Shown: one piece after another, positions 1 through 10,019 of the stretch
Numbering within the stretch: the first letter of the stretch is position 1
Layout of the letters: the number at the start of each line of letters is the position of its first letter
Virus record (IMG/VR): IMGVR_UViG_3300032167_000002
Coordinates: 152,286 to 216,285 of that record
Strand: one strand, 5' to 3'
DNA from: a virus
Taxonomy: Duplodnaviria > Heunggongvirae > Uroviricota > Caudoviricetes
DNA length: 64,000 bases
Made by a program: the position numbers and the translations under genes
Notes under the pieces: model-generated
Seen by the model: the letters and a program-made list of their open reading frames with translations, nothing else
What the model was told of the DNA's origin: nothing
Database searches by the model: none

Positions 1-270
1 TGACTAGCTTACGCATCGCACCGGAGACTGCACGAGAACTGATAAACAGACCTTCAGCAATATCTCTTGCCTTCCACATAGGTGTTTCCTGATGCTCCTG
101 GAGGAACTTCAGAATTAACTTACCATTATCGGTAAACAAAGGTTTTTCGCCATTTTCGTCCAGTCCACAGAACGCAGACCAATAAAGACTTGCATCTTCA
201 TTCGGCTGAATATTCGGAGCCGCGACAATCAACTCATTTACATACTTAATAAATTCTTGCTTTTTACTCA
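1..270 (-). CDS. Hypothetical winged-helix-like protein, 3'-truncated at the window edge (start ATG at 270)
   Basis: Open frame MSKKQEFIKYVNELIV...GLFISSRAVSGAMRKLV runs off position 1. It is preceded by the stereotyped promoter at 311-344. It is absent from the ORF track because it is partial. Confidence 0.45.
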
Positions 271-312
271 TTTTTACAGATAACTCACTTTCTTTTTTAT
301 TTACCTTGTATA

Positions 313-344
313 TATATTATAACAAATTTAATTTAAAAAATCAA
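313..344 (-). promoter_or_regulatory. Stereotyped sigma-70 promoter for the leftmost partial gene
   Basis: + strand tatatattataacaaatttaatttaaaaaatcaa. Confidence 0.55.
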
Positions 345-838
345 CTAATTCTGTCATATTGCCAGAACTGATAAGTTAAGTCGTTATATGTTAGTAGCTG
401 TCCGCACGCAGCAGGCGCCCACTCTTCCGATTCATCTAGATTCGGAAAATAAGTATCAACATTATCGTGGTCTTTATAAATTTTTGTCACATAAACACGG
501 TCACAAACAGAAAGGAATTCTTGGTATATTGAGCCACCGCCAATAATAAACCATTCTTCATCATCATCAGACAAAGAAACTCGTACTTTAGCTTCATCCA
601 TTGGAATGCTAAAAGTCATGTTTCCAAGAGGACCTCTTGGCTATCTGGAGATAACAATATTTAGTCTATCTTTAAGTGGCTTTTGGGGTAATGAATCCCA
701 GGTTTTTCTTCCCATCACTACAACATGGCCAGTAGTGAGTGCCTTGAAATACTTCAAATCTTCTGGAATATGTTCCAATAGGTCTCCATTATAACCAATT
801 CCCCAATTATTATCAACAGCAACAATTGCAGAAATCAT
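341..838 (-). CDS. folA: Dihydrofolate reductase with a single in-frame TAG at 641-643
   Basis: Track ORFs 641..838 (MISAIVAVDNNWGIGYNGDLLEHIP...NIVISR) and 341..619 (...FIIGGGSIYQEFL...) are in the same frame (both codon tops congruent to 1 mod 3). They are separated only by TAG (+ strand cta at 641-643). The TAG aligns with Q in E. coli DHFR NIILSSQPG. The true stop is TGA at 341. Confidence 0.8.
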
Positions 839-839
839 T

Positions 840-1745
840 TTAAATTCCCAACTCCAATTTCAATTGTGGCTTCATAGGTTCATAATTCTCCATAGTGAAG
901 TCATCAATTGTCATTTCAAAAAAGTTAGTTGCGTTTGGATTCAATACGAGCATTGGCTTGCGTTGCTTTTTCCATTCTTCGGGGTCTGACTGGAATTTCT
1001 CCCAATCAGCGTTAGATTTTTCATCAAAGCGACGAAGCATTTCATCAGCAGCCTCAAGATGACGGTCATAAATCTGCTCATTAGCAACAACGTGAGTAAA
1101 AACGCCGGGCTGATAACCAGTATGACGAGCAATCATCATTAGTAATGCAGCATATTGAATTTCATTAATTCCACCGGGGCCAGAAGCAGTAAGCATATCA
1201 CCACTACGCTGAACAAGCATCATATCCAGGTACTCGCCACGAACATTCCAAATAGTAAGGAACGCACATGGAGCTAAGCCAGGAGTCTCATGCAAGTCAG
1301 TTTCTTGCCATAGTGAAACAATCTTGCGGCGACCATATGGGTCATTTTTAATATCTTCAATCAAATTATTGATTAAATCATAGCGGTCTACGGTTGCACC
1401 ATATCGTTGTCCGATAGTGCCATCGCCAATATCCCATTCATCCCACCAGGTAACTCCACGCTCATGCATCTCTTTGATGTTATTGGTTGGATGCTGATAA
1501 ATCGTGAAAATTTCTCTAATACCAGTTTTCCAAGCCTGGGGTCTTAGAGTGCAAATGGGGAAATTACCTCTACTCAAATCATAAGTTCTAAAAGTATGAT
1601 TTACAGAGTAGGTGTGTGCGGGAGTGCCGTCCGCATAATGAGGGCGGGGATTTTCATCCTTATATCCGTATTCTTTGATTTCCTTAATCATTGAATACAT
1701 ATACTGGTCAGCATTAGAAATAATTTTCATATTCTCAATCCTCAT
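840..1745 (-). CDS. thyA: Thymidylate synthase family protein (ThyA or dNMP hydroxymethylase-like)
   Basis: TS-fold motifs LAPCAFLTIWNV and LDMMLVQRSGDMLTASGPG. TAA stop at 840. Adjacent to DHFR. Confidence 0.8.
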   Translation of the reverse strand: MRIENMKIISNADQYMYSMIKEIKEYGYKDENPRPHYADGTPAHTYSVNHTFRTYDLSRGNFPICTLRPQAWKTGIREIFTIYQHPTNNIKEMHERGVTWWDEWDIGDGTIGQRYGATVDRYDLINNLIEDIKNDPYGRRKIVSLWQETDLHETPGLAPCAFLTIWNVRGEYLDMMLVQRSGDMLTASGPGGINEIQYAALLMMIARHTGYQPGVFTHVVANEQIYDRHLEAADEMLRRFDEKSNADWEKFQSDPEEWKKQRKPMLVLNPNATNFFEMTIDDFTMENYEPMKPQLKLELGI

Positions 1746-2007
1746 TTGACAAACTATATCCAGTTAATTTACAATCAATGTAATTTTGAACAAAAACTTC
1801 CAGTTCATCAATCATTACATCACCTTCGTACTCGCCATTAAAGAGCTGACTATAACTGATAAATTCAATACCAGTAATGCCATATGCGTGAGCTTTTGCT
1901 CTCATGGCATGTGGATTCATACAGGCAATTGCGGAATTAGTTTCCTTTGCCAAAAGCATCAATCTACTTGTCTTGCCGGAACTACGGCTATCAATAATAC
2001 GATACAT
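1735..2007 (-). CDS. Hypothetical small protein with a P-loop-like SSGKTS motif
   Basis: 90-aa track ORF. TGA stop at 1735. Confidence 0.35.
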   Translation of the reverse strand: MYRIIDSRSSGKTSRLMLLAKETNSAIACMNPHAMRAKAHAYGITGIEFISYSQLFNGEYEGDVMIDELEVFVQNYIDCKLTGYSLSNED

Positions 2008-2020
2008 AAATTAACTCCTT

Positions 2021-3013
2021 TTATTTAATACTATATCCAAACTCTTTTGCTTTAAAATAATCTTGCCAGTAATCTTCTCTCTCGTCCAGTCTGGAACGGT
2101 CGCACTCTTCAACAACCTCGAAAGTGAAGTTCTCGGGTCCGGCCGCAATCATTGCAGGATATAATTTATTACGAGTGGGTGCGTCTGCACCTACACCTCG
2201 TTTAATATGCTATTTCCAGCGGTCTGCTAAATTGGCAGCCTAACCAACATAACATTTTCCAGAAGAGATTTCAGTAATTTTATAAATTCCAGTATGAACA
2301 CCAGAACCAATAACTCTACCAATCATATCTGTCGTTGGTTTTTCATAATAGCATTTCCAAATAACCTTATTTAAAGGTTCTTTATCACGCAAATAAGGTT
2401 CTACCTCACGCAGAAGCTCAATTTCGTGGAGGTCTGCGGCAGAAAGCTAAATGCGATAGTAGTCTTGTTGGTCTTTCATTTCTTCTGCTCTCTTGGCTGC
2501 GGCAACTGCGGCATCGTTTGTAGCACGCATAATAGCCACATTTCCTTCAAGAGCTTTATACTATTCCATCAAGCCAGCTACGGTTTCTTGATACTATACT
2601 TCAAAAGAAGCGACATTCTTTTGATATTTCTATGCTTCAAGCTCCAAAGAGCGAGCCAGATTTTCTTGAGCGACTTCCATTTTTGAACTATAAAATAAAT
2701 CTGCGGCTTCTTGAGCCTGCTTTTCCATAGCTGTAATACTACTATTTAATGTGTTAATCTATTCAATGGTTGAGTCCTTTTGGAGCAACAACCTACTATT
2801 TTCTTCTGTTAGTCGTTTAGTTTCAGCTTCAAGCCATATGCGGCCCTCTTCGGCTAAACGATTCTACTCCTAAATTCTTTCGTTCTCTTTGGCAGTCTGC
2901 GCATCCAACTCCAGCGCCGCGTGAATGCGGGGACGCAGAATGCGATATACAACATATCCCGTAATAAGGGACGACAAGATGAACGAAATTAGAAAAATAA
3001 GTAATTCCACCAT
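2021..3013 (-). CDS. Membrane-anchored coiled-coil protein with a C-terminal GIY-YIG nuclease domain; 9 in-frame TAG codons
   Basis: Manual translation of the minus strand gives one 331-codon frame from ATG (3013) to TAA (2021). N-terminal transmembrane helix MVELLIFLISFILSSLITGYVVY, then about 180 aa of coiled coil, then GIYKITEISSGKCYVG[TAG]AANLADRWK[TAG]HIKRG...YWQDYF. TAGs at + strand cta 2210-12, 2240-42, 2447-49, 2561-63, 2594-96, 2630-32, 2759-61, 2864-66, 2870-72. The first aligns with Q or S of the YIG(Q/S) motif. No standard-code ORF of 60 aa or more exists here. Confidence 0.7.
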
Positions 3014-3026
3014 ATGGAAGAAAAAT

Positions 3027-3054
3027 GGGGTAAGATATTTAATATCTTACCCCT
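3027..3054 (-). terminator. Rho-independent terminator for the 3070..3345 transcript
   Basis: Minus-strand GGGGTAAGATATT/AAATATCTTACCCC perfect hairpin followed by ATTTTTCTT. Confidence 0.65.
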
Positions 3055-3069
3055 TAGTATATGTCAAAA

Positions 3070-3345
3070 TTACTCAGCAGCTTCTTCAGTTGCGTCAGGG
3101 TCGAAGCTCATGCCTGCAGGAGTCAGAGACAGGAACTTAACCTGCTTGTGAGTACCATCCTCTAGCTCGATTTCAGCGGGAGTACGAACACCCAAGCCCT
3201 TACGCTGAATAGCGGAAGTAAAGATGCCATCAACAGAGCGCTTCTCTAGACCCAGAGCAGCAGCAACGTCAGCAGCAGTTACGTTCTCGCCGTTAATCTC
3301 CTTCAAATAATTCAGAACCTTCTTGGAATTTTCCTTCATAGCCAT
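3070..3345 (-). CDS. Hypothetical small protein, possibly DNA-binding
   Basis: 91-aa track ORF MAMKENSKKVLNYLKEING.... TAA stop. Confidence 0.35.
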   Translation of the reverse strand: MAMKENSKKVLNYLKEINGENVTAADVAAALGLEKRSVDGIFTSAIQRKGLGVRTPAEIELEDGTHKQVKFLSLTPAGMSFDPDATEEAAE

Positions 3346-3454
3346 AGTAAATAATCTCCTTCTTAATAAATAATATTTTTTTAGTTTATATTTTCTAACC
3401 TCTCGGTTATGTAAATATTATATCAAAAAATTTTTGAAAAGTCAAGAATTTTTT

Positions 3455-3646
3455 TTAATTTTTCTCAAGCAGTTCCATCACAAGCTCGTCAATAGCGACC
3501 ATATCTTCCAGTCTATCGACGGAACTTGAGAGACGCATAATTTCTTCTTCTGCTTGATGAACGGCTTTCTTATCATCGCTCGTTTGAATGATTCGTTCGC
3601 ACTTAGCGATTTTTACAGCCAGATTCTTGAGTTCTTTTTTCTTCAT
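3455..3646 (-). CDS. Hypothetical small coiled-coil protein
   Basis: 63-aa track ORF with its own promoter at 3676-3707. Confidence 0.3.
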   Translation of the reverse strand: MKKKELKNLAVKIAKCERIIQTSDDKKAVHQAEEEIMRLSSSVDRLEDMVAIDELVMELLEKN

Positions 3647-3707
3647 TGAAAATTTTCATCCTTAATCTTTACGATTTTATTATACAAAATTTTTTTCTTT
3701 TTGTCAA

Positions 3708-5699
3708 TTACTCGATTCCAAAAGTCTGAATGAAGTCAGATTCTGACAAGATTGGAATCCCCAATGACTTGGCAGTCATGTTCTTAGAGGAAGTGGAATT
3801 CACATCATTGTTAATGAGGAAATTTGTGTTCTTAGAAACAGAACCAGTTACCTTTCCTCCAAGAGCCTCAATTCGTGCCTTGATTTCATCACGGTTCTTG
3901 AAATGAGTGAGTTTTCCAGTAATTACAAAAGTTTTTCCAGTTAAACTCTCGCCGACCGGGGCGGGAGCGACTTCAGGTGCATTAAAGTGAATATAATGGT
4001 CAGCAAGTAGTTTTGCTTCGGCATAATTAAAGCTAACTAAACTATTATGCATTTCACCACCGAAATTAGGAAGAGTGTAGAAAGCGAAACCACCTTCCGC
4101 TGCCTCGACAAACTTTTCCCAAGTTTCAAAGTGCTTTGCCAATTCTTTCGATGCCGTTGAGCCAATCAACGGAATACCGAGGGCCGCAATGAACTGATGT
4201 AGTTCACAATTTGCGCCAGTATTAATAGCGTTCAGAACCTTCTCGACGGATTTGGCTCCAAATCCAGGCTTCTGGACCCATTCACTTCTACGAATGGAAA
4301 GTTCAAAAATGTCAGTAAAATCATTGACCCAACCCCAATCAATCAGTTTCTCTAAAGTTGCCTTTGAGATACCCTTCATATCAAGACCTTTCTTACCGCA
4401 GAAGTGGTCCAGACGATTGATTAGTTTACCAGGACAAGTTGGAGAGACACAGGTCAGATTCATAGAGTCATTCAACTTACTATACTTGACCTCACCGCCG
4501 CACACAGGACAACAATTGGGGCGTTCAAACCAAGGATAATCATACTGAGGTAAATCCTCGGGTTCTTCCGCAGACGCAATCTGAGGAATAATCATATTAG
4601 CCTTAAAGACGTCCACCTTTTGGCCTTTATAACCCCAACCATGTAAAGTTTCATTTAGAATACTTACATTGTGTAAGCTAGCTCTTTCTACGGTCGAACC
4701 ATCTACGTCGATTGGTTCAAAGACAGCAACGGGAGTAAGGACACCGGTTCTACCCATCGTCCATTCAATATCCAACAAGCTAGTCTGGTAAGTTTCATCA
4801 TAGAATTTATATGCCAGAGCATTTTTGAAATGATGCGTTGTTTCTCCAAGAGAACGACCATAAGCACAATCATTAAACTTAATAACTACACCATCAATTG
4901 GATAACTATATCCTTGAGCCATTTGAGTCACTTGCTCAATAAACATATCCATTTCAACCTCAGTATCATCTGCGTAATAAGCAGGACCAGTCGCATATGG
5001 AACTATAGTAAATCCAAAAGGTACAAGATAATTAAGTTTTTGGCTAAGTTTGTACTCGGTACCATCATCAAACATCATTGGAGTGAGAACATCCCACGCA
5101 ACAAATGTAAGATTGCGGCTTGCACATTCTTTGGAGTCTAAAAGACGAATACTGCCTGCGGCGAAATTTCTAGGGTTCTTATATTCTGAACTGAATTTTT
5201 CAAAATCAGTATAGGTGCAAATGATTTCTCCATCAATAACCAATTCATCCATATAAGGAATTTTACTTGGAATTGAAGGAAGAACTCTTGCATTATGCAG
5301 GATATCTTCACCGACAAGACCATTTCCCCTAGTCTCCGCAGAAACTAATTCTCCGTTGCGGTAAGTAAGAGAACAAGTTAAACCGTCCATCTTACACATA
5401 GCCAAGAAGTCCTTTTTACCTACAAAAGCAGAAACTTCATCAACGGATTTAGTTTTTTCAAGAGATAACATCTTATGAGAATGTTCAACTTTTTTCAAAG
5501 CATTTACAACTTCATAAGAAATAGATTGAGTAGGAGAATTAGATAAAATCAAACCTGTTTCTTTTTCTAATTCTTGTAACTCAAAATATTTATTATCCCA
5601 TTCTTCGTCCGTAATTTTTGGATTACCTTCATCGTATGCTTTTGTACATTCGTTAAGGTATCTTACAAGAAACTTGATTTTATCATAGATACTATCCAT
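3708..5699 (-). CDS. ligA: NAD+-dependent DNA ligase
   Basis: 663 aa. KMDG adenylation motif (AMCKMDGLTCSLTYRNG), Zn-finger cysteines CCPVCGG...C, C-terminal BRCT (GKTFVITGKL). SD AAGGAG before the ATG. Confidence 0.9.
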   Translation of the reverse strand: MDSIYDKIKFLVRYLNECTKAYDEGNPKITDEEWDNKYFELQELEKETGLILSNSPTQSISYEVVNALKKVEHSHKMLSLEKTKSVDEVSAFVGKKDFLAMCKMDGLTCSLTYRNGELVSAETRGNGLVGEDILHNARVLPSIPSKIPYMDELVIDGEIICTYTDFEKFSSEYKNPRNFAAGSIRLLDSKECASRNLTFVAWDVLTPMMFDDGTEYKLSQKLNYLVPFGFTIVPYATGPAYYADDTEVEMDMFIEQVTQMAQGYSYPIDGVVIKFNDCAYGRSLGETTHHFKNALAYKFYDETYQTSLLDIEWTMGRTGVLTPVAVFEPIDVDGSTVERASLHNVSILNETLHGWGYKGQKVDVFKANMIIPQIASAEEPEDLPQYDYPWFERPNCCPVCGGEVKYSKLNDSMNLTCVSPTCPGKLINRLDHFCGKKGLDMKGISKATLEKLIDWGWVNDFTDIFELSIRRSEWVQKPGFGAKSVEKVLNAINTGANCELHQFIAALGIPLIGSTASKELAKHFETWEKFVEAAEGGFAFYTLPNFGGEMHNSLVSFNYAEAKLLADHYIHFNAPEVAPAPVGESLTGKTFVITGKLTHFKNRDEIKARIEALGGKVTGSVSKNTNFLINNDVNSTSSKNMTAKSLGIPILSESDFIQTFGIE

Positions 5700-5721
5700 T
5701 TCTATTCTCCTTAATTACATA

Positions 5722-5753
5722 TATATTATAGAAAAAATTTTTTATTTTGTCAA
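5722..5753 (-). promoter_or_regulatory. Stereotyped promoter variant (-35 TTGACA) for ligA
   Basis: + strand acatatatattatagaaaaaattttttattttgtcaa. Confidence 0.55.
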
Positions 5754-6025
5754 CTCCAGAAATCACTGAAGTCAAATATATTGACATAAAAATCTGGAAC
5801 ATCTTCTACTAATTGGACTCTATAACCATATACAAACATAGGTTCATCAAAAAACATAATTTTATCATTTGGATTTATATTAATTCGATGTAAAATTTGA
5901 GCAAAAGTAAAATCGTTCATTCTGATTTCAATACCATTTTGTTCGCCAAACCACTCATAGAGTCGGGACATTTCTCGTCCCGACTCAACGATAGGCATAC
6001 TTGGTCTGAAATAAATCGTTCTCAT
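5750..6025 (-). CDS. Hypothetical protein
   Basis: 91-aa track ORF. Its ATG overlaps the TGA of the gyrA-like gene (ATGA). Confidence 0.35.
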   Translation of the reverse strand: MRTIYFRPSMPIVESGREMSRLYEWFGEQNGIEIRMNDFTFAQILHRININPNDKIMFFDEPMFVYGYRVQLVEDVPDFYVNIFDFSDFWS

Positions 6026-8397
6026 ACCTTACTTACAGATAGAACTTTACTATTCTTGATAACAACATTGCCAATAGAAGCTCTACCAAGGTTTGGAATT
6101 TCGGATGCTTCGATACAAATACTGCTCTTATCACCCAAAATCAATACACAATCACTATCTTCAACAAGGGTTGCCGCAACCACTTTACCAGTAGTATCAG
6201 TAGGCTTATAACACATCAGACCCTTACCTGCTCTCTTCTGGAGAGGAAGTTCGTCAAGACCAAACTTCTTACAGTATCCACCATTAACGAAGATTGCCAA
6301 TTTATCATTTGTATTACGGACAGGAATTGCGGCGACAATTTCATCATCGGCACCCAAGTTAATACCCTTTACACCAGAAGTGGCACGAGAAGTAGGACTT
6401 ACTTCCTTAGAATCAAATCTAATTGCCATACCATTCTTAGTTACCAGGATTAACTGTTCGTCCTTAACCAAAGATACTGCGGCAAGCTCATCACCATCTT
6501 TAATGGTAATTGCTGCAATGCCAGTCTTTTTCTTAGTCTTAACATATTCTTCAAGACTTGTTTTCTTAACTAATCCATTTTTAGTTACGAACAATACATA
6601 TGCAGCATCAGTATCTCTATAAATAGAATACATTACAGCAGGCTGTTCATCCATATCCATATTGATTAGGGACTTGATAGACTGACCCTTACTTACATTG
6701 GTTCCTACTGGAACATCATTGACAAGTAGACGATACATCTTGCCCTTATCAGAGAAAATCATCAAAGAGTCAATCGTATTAGTACGAATTACTGCATGAG
6801 TAATATCATCTTGAGTTTTTACACCCTTACCATTTCGCTTCTGGGTACGGAAGCTAGTTGCAGGAATTCTCTTAACGAGACCACCCTCAGTCATAATAAC
6901 AACACACTTCTCTGGCTCGACGAATTCGATTTCCTTCTCTTCCTTAGTGGAAGCAACCTGAGTTATAGTGCTTCTGCGAGCGTCGCCATAAGTCTTTTTA
7001 AGTTCTGTAAAACCCTTAACTAACTCTGGCGTTGGATTTTGCAGAATTCCCTGTAGTCTCTCTAACTCAGATATAAGCTCAGCTCTTTCATTTTCAATCT
7101 CAACTTTCTCTAATTTTGCCAACTTAGAAAGCTTCATATCAAGAATCGCCTTAGCCTGGGCTTCAGAGAAACCATACTGGTTCATAAGAACAACCTTAGC
7201 AGCTGCCGCAGACTCGCTCTTCTTAATAAGAGCAATGATATTGTCAATATCTTCAAGAGCCTTCAACAGACCTTCCAAGATATGAATACGAGCCGCAACT
7301 TTATTAGCTTCATATTTAGTTTTTCTCAACAGAACATCTTTCTGGTGAGCAATATAAATTTCCAAAAGTTGCTTAATATTCAAAAGCTGAGGTTTCTTCT
7401 CAACCAGAGCAACCTGATTGAAACTATAAGTATCCTCTAAGCGAGTTAATTTAAACAACTTTGCGATAATAGGTTCAGCAGAAATTCCCTTTGCTAATTC
7501 AATAACGAAACGCACACCATCTTTGTTACTTTCGTCTCGGATGGTAGTAATTCCTTCCAATTTACCTTCCTCACAAAGCTTATCAATTTCCTTTACAAGG
7601 TCTTCTTTAGATACCTTATAAGGAATGGAAGTAAAGACGATACTATCGCCACGTTTATCAGATTCAATTTTGTACTCTCCTCTGATTCTTGCTCTGCCCT
7701 TACCTGTTAGATAAGCTGCGGGTAATTCGTCTTTGTTAATAATTAATCCGCCAGTTGGGAAATCAGGTCCGGAAATGTAATTCAAAATTTCCTTAATATC
7801 ACAATTAGGGTTTTGAGTTACATGGATTGCCGCATCCATAACTTCATTTAAATTGTGAGGTGCGAAGCTACAAGCCATCGCAACTGCGATACCAGAAGTA
7901 CCATTCACAATCAAATTGGGAATACGACCAGGCAGATAGACTGGCTCTTCTTCCACATCGGTATATGCTAATTGCCAATCGACAGTATCTTTCTTAATAT
8001 CAGCAAGCATTTCTTCGCCTGCTTTAGATAGTTTACATTCAGTATAACGATAAGCTGCAGCCTCGTATCCATCACGTGAACCATTATTACCATGGAAAGA
8101 GATAAGAGGGTATCTCATATTCCAAGGTTGACTCAACCACACTAACGCACCATAAATAGAAGCATCGCCGTGAGGATGGAAACGACCCATCGTATCACCG
8201 ACTGGTTGAGCACATTTTACAAACTTTTTATTATTATGATAACCCTTATCGAACATATCCCAAAGAATACGACGAGCAACAGGTTTCAAACCATCTTCCG
8301 CTGAAGGGATGGCTCTATCGGTAATAACACTCAAACTATAATCAAGGAAACTTTGCTCAACTTCCCCGATAATCGGAGTCTGAATTATATCTCCCAT
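6022..8397 (-). CDS. Type II topoisomerase A subunit (GyrA/ParC-like)
   Basis: 791 aa. N-terminal DRAIPSAEDGLKPVARRILWDMF (GyrA-type motif). Strong SD AAGGAGG. Confidence 0.85.
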   Translation of the reverse strand: MGDIIQTPIIGEVEQSFLDYSLSVITDRAIPSAEDGLKPVARRILWDMFDKGYHNNKKFVKCAQPVGDTMGRFHPHGDASIYGALVWLSQPWNMRYPLISFHGNNGSRDGYEAAAYRYTECKLSKAGEEMLADIKKDTVDWQLAYTDVEEEPVYLPGRIPNLIVNGTSGIAVAMACSFAPHNLNEVMDAAIHVTQNPNCDIKEILNYISGPDFPTGGLIINKDELPAAYLTGKGRARIRGEYKIESDKRGDSIVFTSIPYKVSKEDLVKEIDKLCEEGKLEGITTIRDESNKDGVRFVIELAKGISAEPIIAKLFKLTRLEDTYSFNQVALVEKKPQLLNIKQLLEIYIAHQKDVLLRKTKYEANKVAARIHILEGLLKALEDIDNIIALIKKSESAAAAKVVLMNQYGFSEAQAKAILDMKLSKLAKLEKVEIENERAELISELERLQGILQNPTPELVKGFTELKKTYGDARRSTITQVASTKEEKEIEFVEPEKCVVIMTEGGLVKRIPATSFRTQKRNGKGVKTQDDITHAVIRTNTIDSLMIFSDKGKMYRLLVNDVPVGTNVSKGQSIKSLINMDMDEQPAVMYSIYRDTDAAYVLFVTKNGLVKKTSLEEYVKTKKKTGIAAITIKDGDELAAVSLVKDEQLILVTKNGMAIRFDSKEVSPTSRATSGVKGINLGADDEIVAAIPVRNTNDKLAIFVNGGYCKKFGLDELPLQKRAGKGLMCYKPTDTTGKVVAATLVEDSDCVLILGDKSSICIEASEIPNLGRASIGNVVIKNSKVLSVSKV

Positions 8398-8791
8398 AAG
8401 GAACCTCCTTTATCTCTACAAAATCTTTCAAAAAATTTTCTTCTGTCCAATTCGATTTCATTGTATTACTAATAACTTCCTCAACTAAATCAAAAATACT
8501 ACACTTATCTTCTGGTGTCATATATGAATATTGAGTAGGAAGTTCTCGTAACCTCTCAAGCATATAAGGTGGAATAGCTAAGGCACGAACTGCAGTATGT
8601 GCGGCTTCTGCTACGCCTTCTGGAATCCGCACATATTTTCGTTCCAAATCTTCTTTCCATAACTTATCTATTGGAGGTTTAATACATTGCATTTTTTCTG
8701 AATACTTAGTTATATGTGGCATATGCTTCTTCCTCAGAAATATAACCAGTAGCAAGCTGGTCAGCAAGTTCATTCCATTCATGTCCAGCAT
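8357..8791 (-). CDS. Hypothetical protein; true start probably internal (MPHITKYSEK near 8722)
   Basis: The track ORF overlaps the 3' end of rnh by 85 nt. An SD-like GGAAGAAG lies before the internal ATG. Confidence 0.3.
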   Translation of the reverse strand: MLDMNGMNLLTSLLLVIFLRKKHMPHITKYSEKMQCIKPPIDKLWKEDLERKYVRIPEGVAEAAHTAVRALAIPPYMLERLRELPTQYSYMTPEDKCSIFDLVEEVISNTMKSNWTEENFLKDFVEIKEVPYGRYNSDSDYRGS

Positions 8792-9182
8792 GACCTTTGA
8801 TTTTTCTCAAATCAATACGAAAACCTTGCTTATACCAATCATAATAGGCTTGAATTAAATCAAGATTTTCGGGAACTTTTTTATCACTTTTAACCCAACC
8901 ATTTCTTGCCCAATTAAACATCCATTCATTGAAAGTATTTACACAATATGCGGAGTCGCTATATACAATCGGAGGCTGGCCCCAATCATCGCATTTTTCT
9001 CCATAATTAAGCATAACATATAGAATAGCTTTCAATTCTTCTCTATTATTGGTAGTTCCATTTGTTCTCTTGGCACGGACGAACTGAACACAATCATTTT
9101 CGTCAACGCCAACAATGCCGTAACCACCACTTGCGTTCACTTTTCCGTTCCCAACGCAGGAACCATCAGTATAGAAAATCAT
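8706..9182 (-). CDS. rnhA: Ribonuclease HI
   Basis: 158 aa. MIFYTDGSCVGNGK...GGYGIV... and ...KIKGHAGHEWNELADQLA, typical of RNase H. Confidence 0.8.
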   Translation of the reverse strand: MIFYTDGSCVGNGKVNASGGYGIVGVDENDCVQFVRAKRTNGTTNNREELKAILYVMLNYGEKCDDWGQPPIVYSDSAYCVNTFNEWMFNWARNGWVKSDKKVPENLDLIQAYYDWYKQGFRIDLRKIKGHAGHEWNELADQLATGYISEEEAYATYN

Positions 9183-9570
9183 TCGGGTTTCCTTTCAATA
9201 GTTCTTCAAACATTTTATCTACATCAATTGTTGATAAAATATCAACTGTATCACTAATTTTTTCAGTTTCGCCTCGTAGAACTGTAATACCCTTCAAAAT
9301 GTGGTCATTACATAAAATTACTGTATTATTTGGAAAAGTTTCATTCATTTCTTTTTGAATTGTTTGACACTCTCTCAAACTTAAATTATCAGCAATTTTA
9401 AGTAAAATTACATCATTTGGTTGAATATTTACAACCTGGAAAGGATAACCAGTATACTTACCGATTACCCCACCAAAAATAGATGCTTTATTTGTATCAG
9501 CATAAGTATATTGTCTACGATTCTCCATAGAGATTACATTAGTAGCGTTGGTCATAAATATAACCTCCAT
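9166..9570 (-). CDS. Hypothetical protein
   Basis: 134-aa track ORF. Confidence 0.3.
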   Translation of the reverse strand: MEVIFMTNATNVISMENRRQYTYADTNKASIFGGVIGKYTGYPFQVVNIQPNDVILLKIADNLSLRECQTIQKEMNETFPNNTVILCNDHILKGITVLRGETEKISDTVDILSTIDVDKMFEELLKGNPNDFLY

Positions 9571-9775
9571 CTAAAAACATATTACTTGTTCCTGTTAGTT
9601 CACGCTTAAATACAGTCACATCTTTAATTGCATATTCAGGCATTAAAACTATATTAGGAGTATTTAATAGGCTAATTAGCTTTTCACTAATCGCCTTATA
9701 TTCATCAATATCAACATCATCACCAATGGTGAATAAAATTGTATCACCAGGAGCAACTTTAATTACATTCGCCAT
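9539..9775 (-). CDS. Hypothetical protein
   Basis: 78-aa track ORF. Confidence 0.3.
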   Translation of the reverse strand: MANVIKVAPGDTILFTIGDDVDIDEYKAISEKLISLLNTPNIVLMPEYAIKDVTVFKRELTGTSNMFLDGGYIYDQRY

Positions 9776-10019
9776 AATAAAATTCCTCCATATCTTTCAA
9801 CATTTCATTGAATTTTTTACTTTCATCGGGATGTGCGGCTTTATATAAATTGACACTAGCCTCTGTCTTAAATGGGCCAATAACACTTTGAGGGCAATTT
9901 AATAGACAATATTCATCCATTAAATCTTGAGCTTGGATGATTTTATCATCGCCCAAATCCCAAAACCAATATCCATGATACTCAGACATCGATATTTGCC
10001 CTCCAAGCGTTATCTTCAA
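9759..10019 (-). CDS. Hypothetical protein
   Basis: 86-aa track ORF. TAA stop at 9759-61. Confidence 0.3.
   Translation of the reverse strand: MKITLGGQISMSEYHGYWFWDLGDDKIIQAQDLMDEYCLLNCPQSVIGPFKTEASVNLYKAAHPDESKKFNEMLKDMEEFYYGECN

Noticed and set aside
341-838. DHFR split into two ORFs, which looks like a frameshift or pseudogene
   Set aside because: The two track ORFs are in the same reading frame and are separated by a single TAG codon at 641-643. The junction aligns with the conserved ...ILSSQPG... region of DHFR. Amber read-through explains it better than a frameshift.
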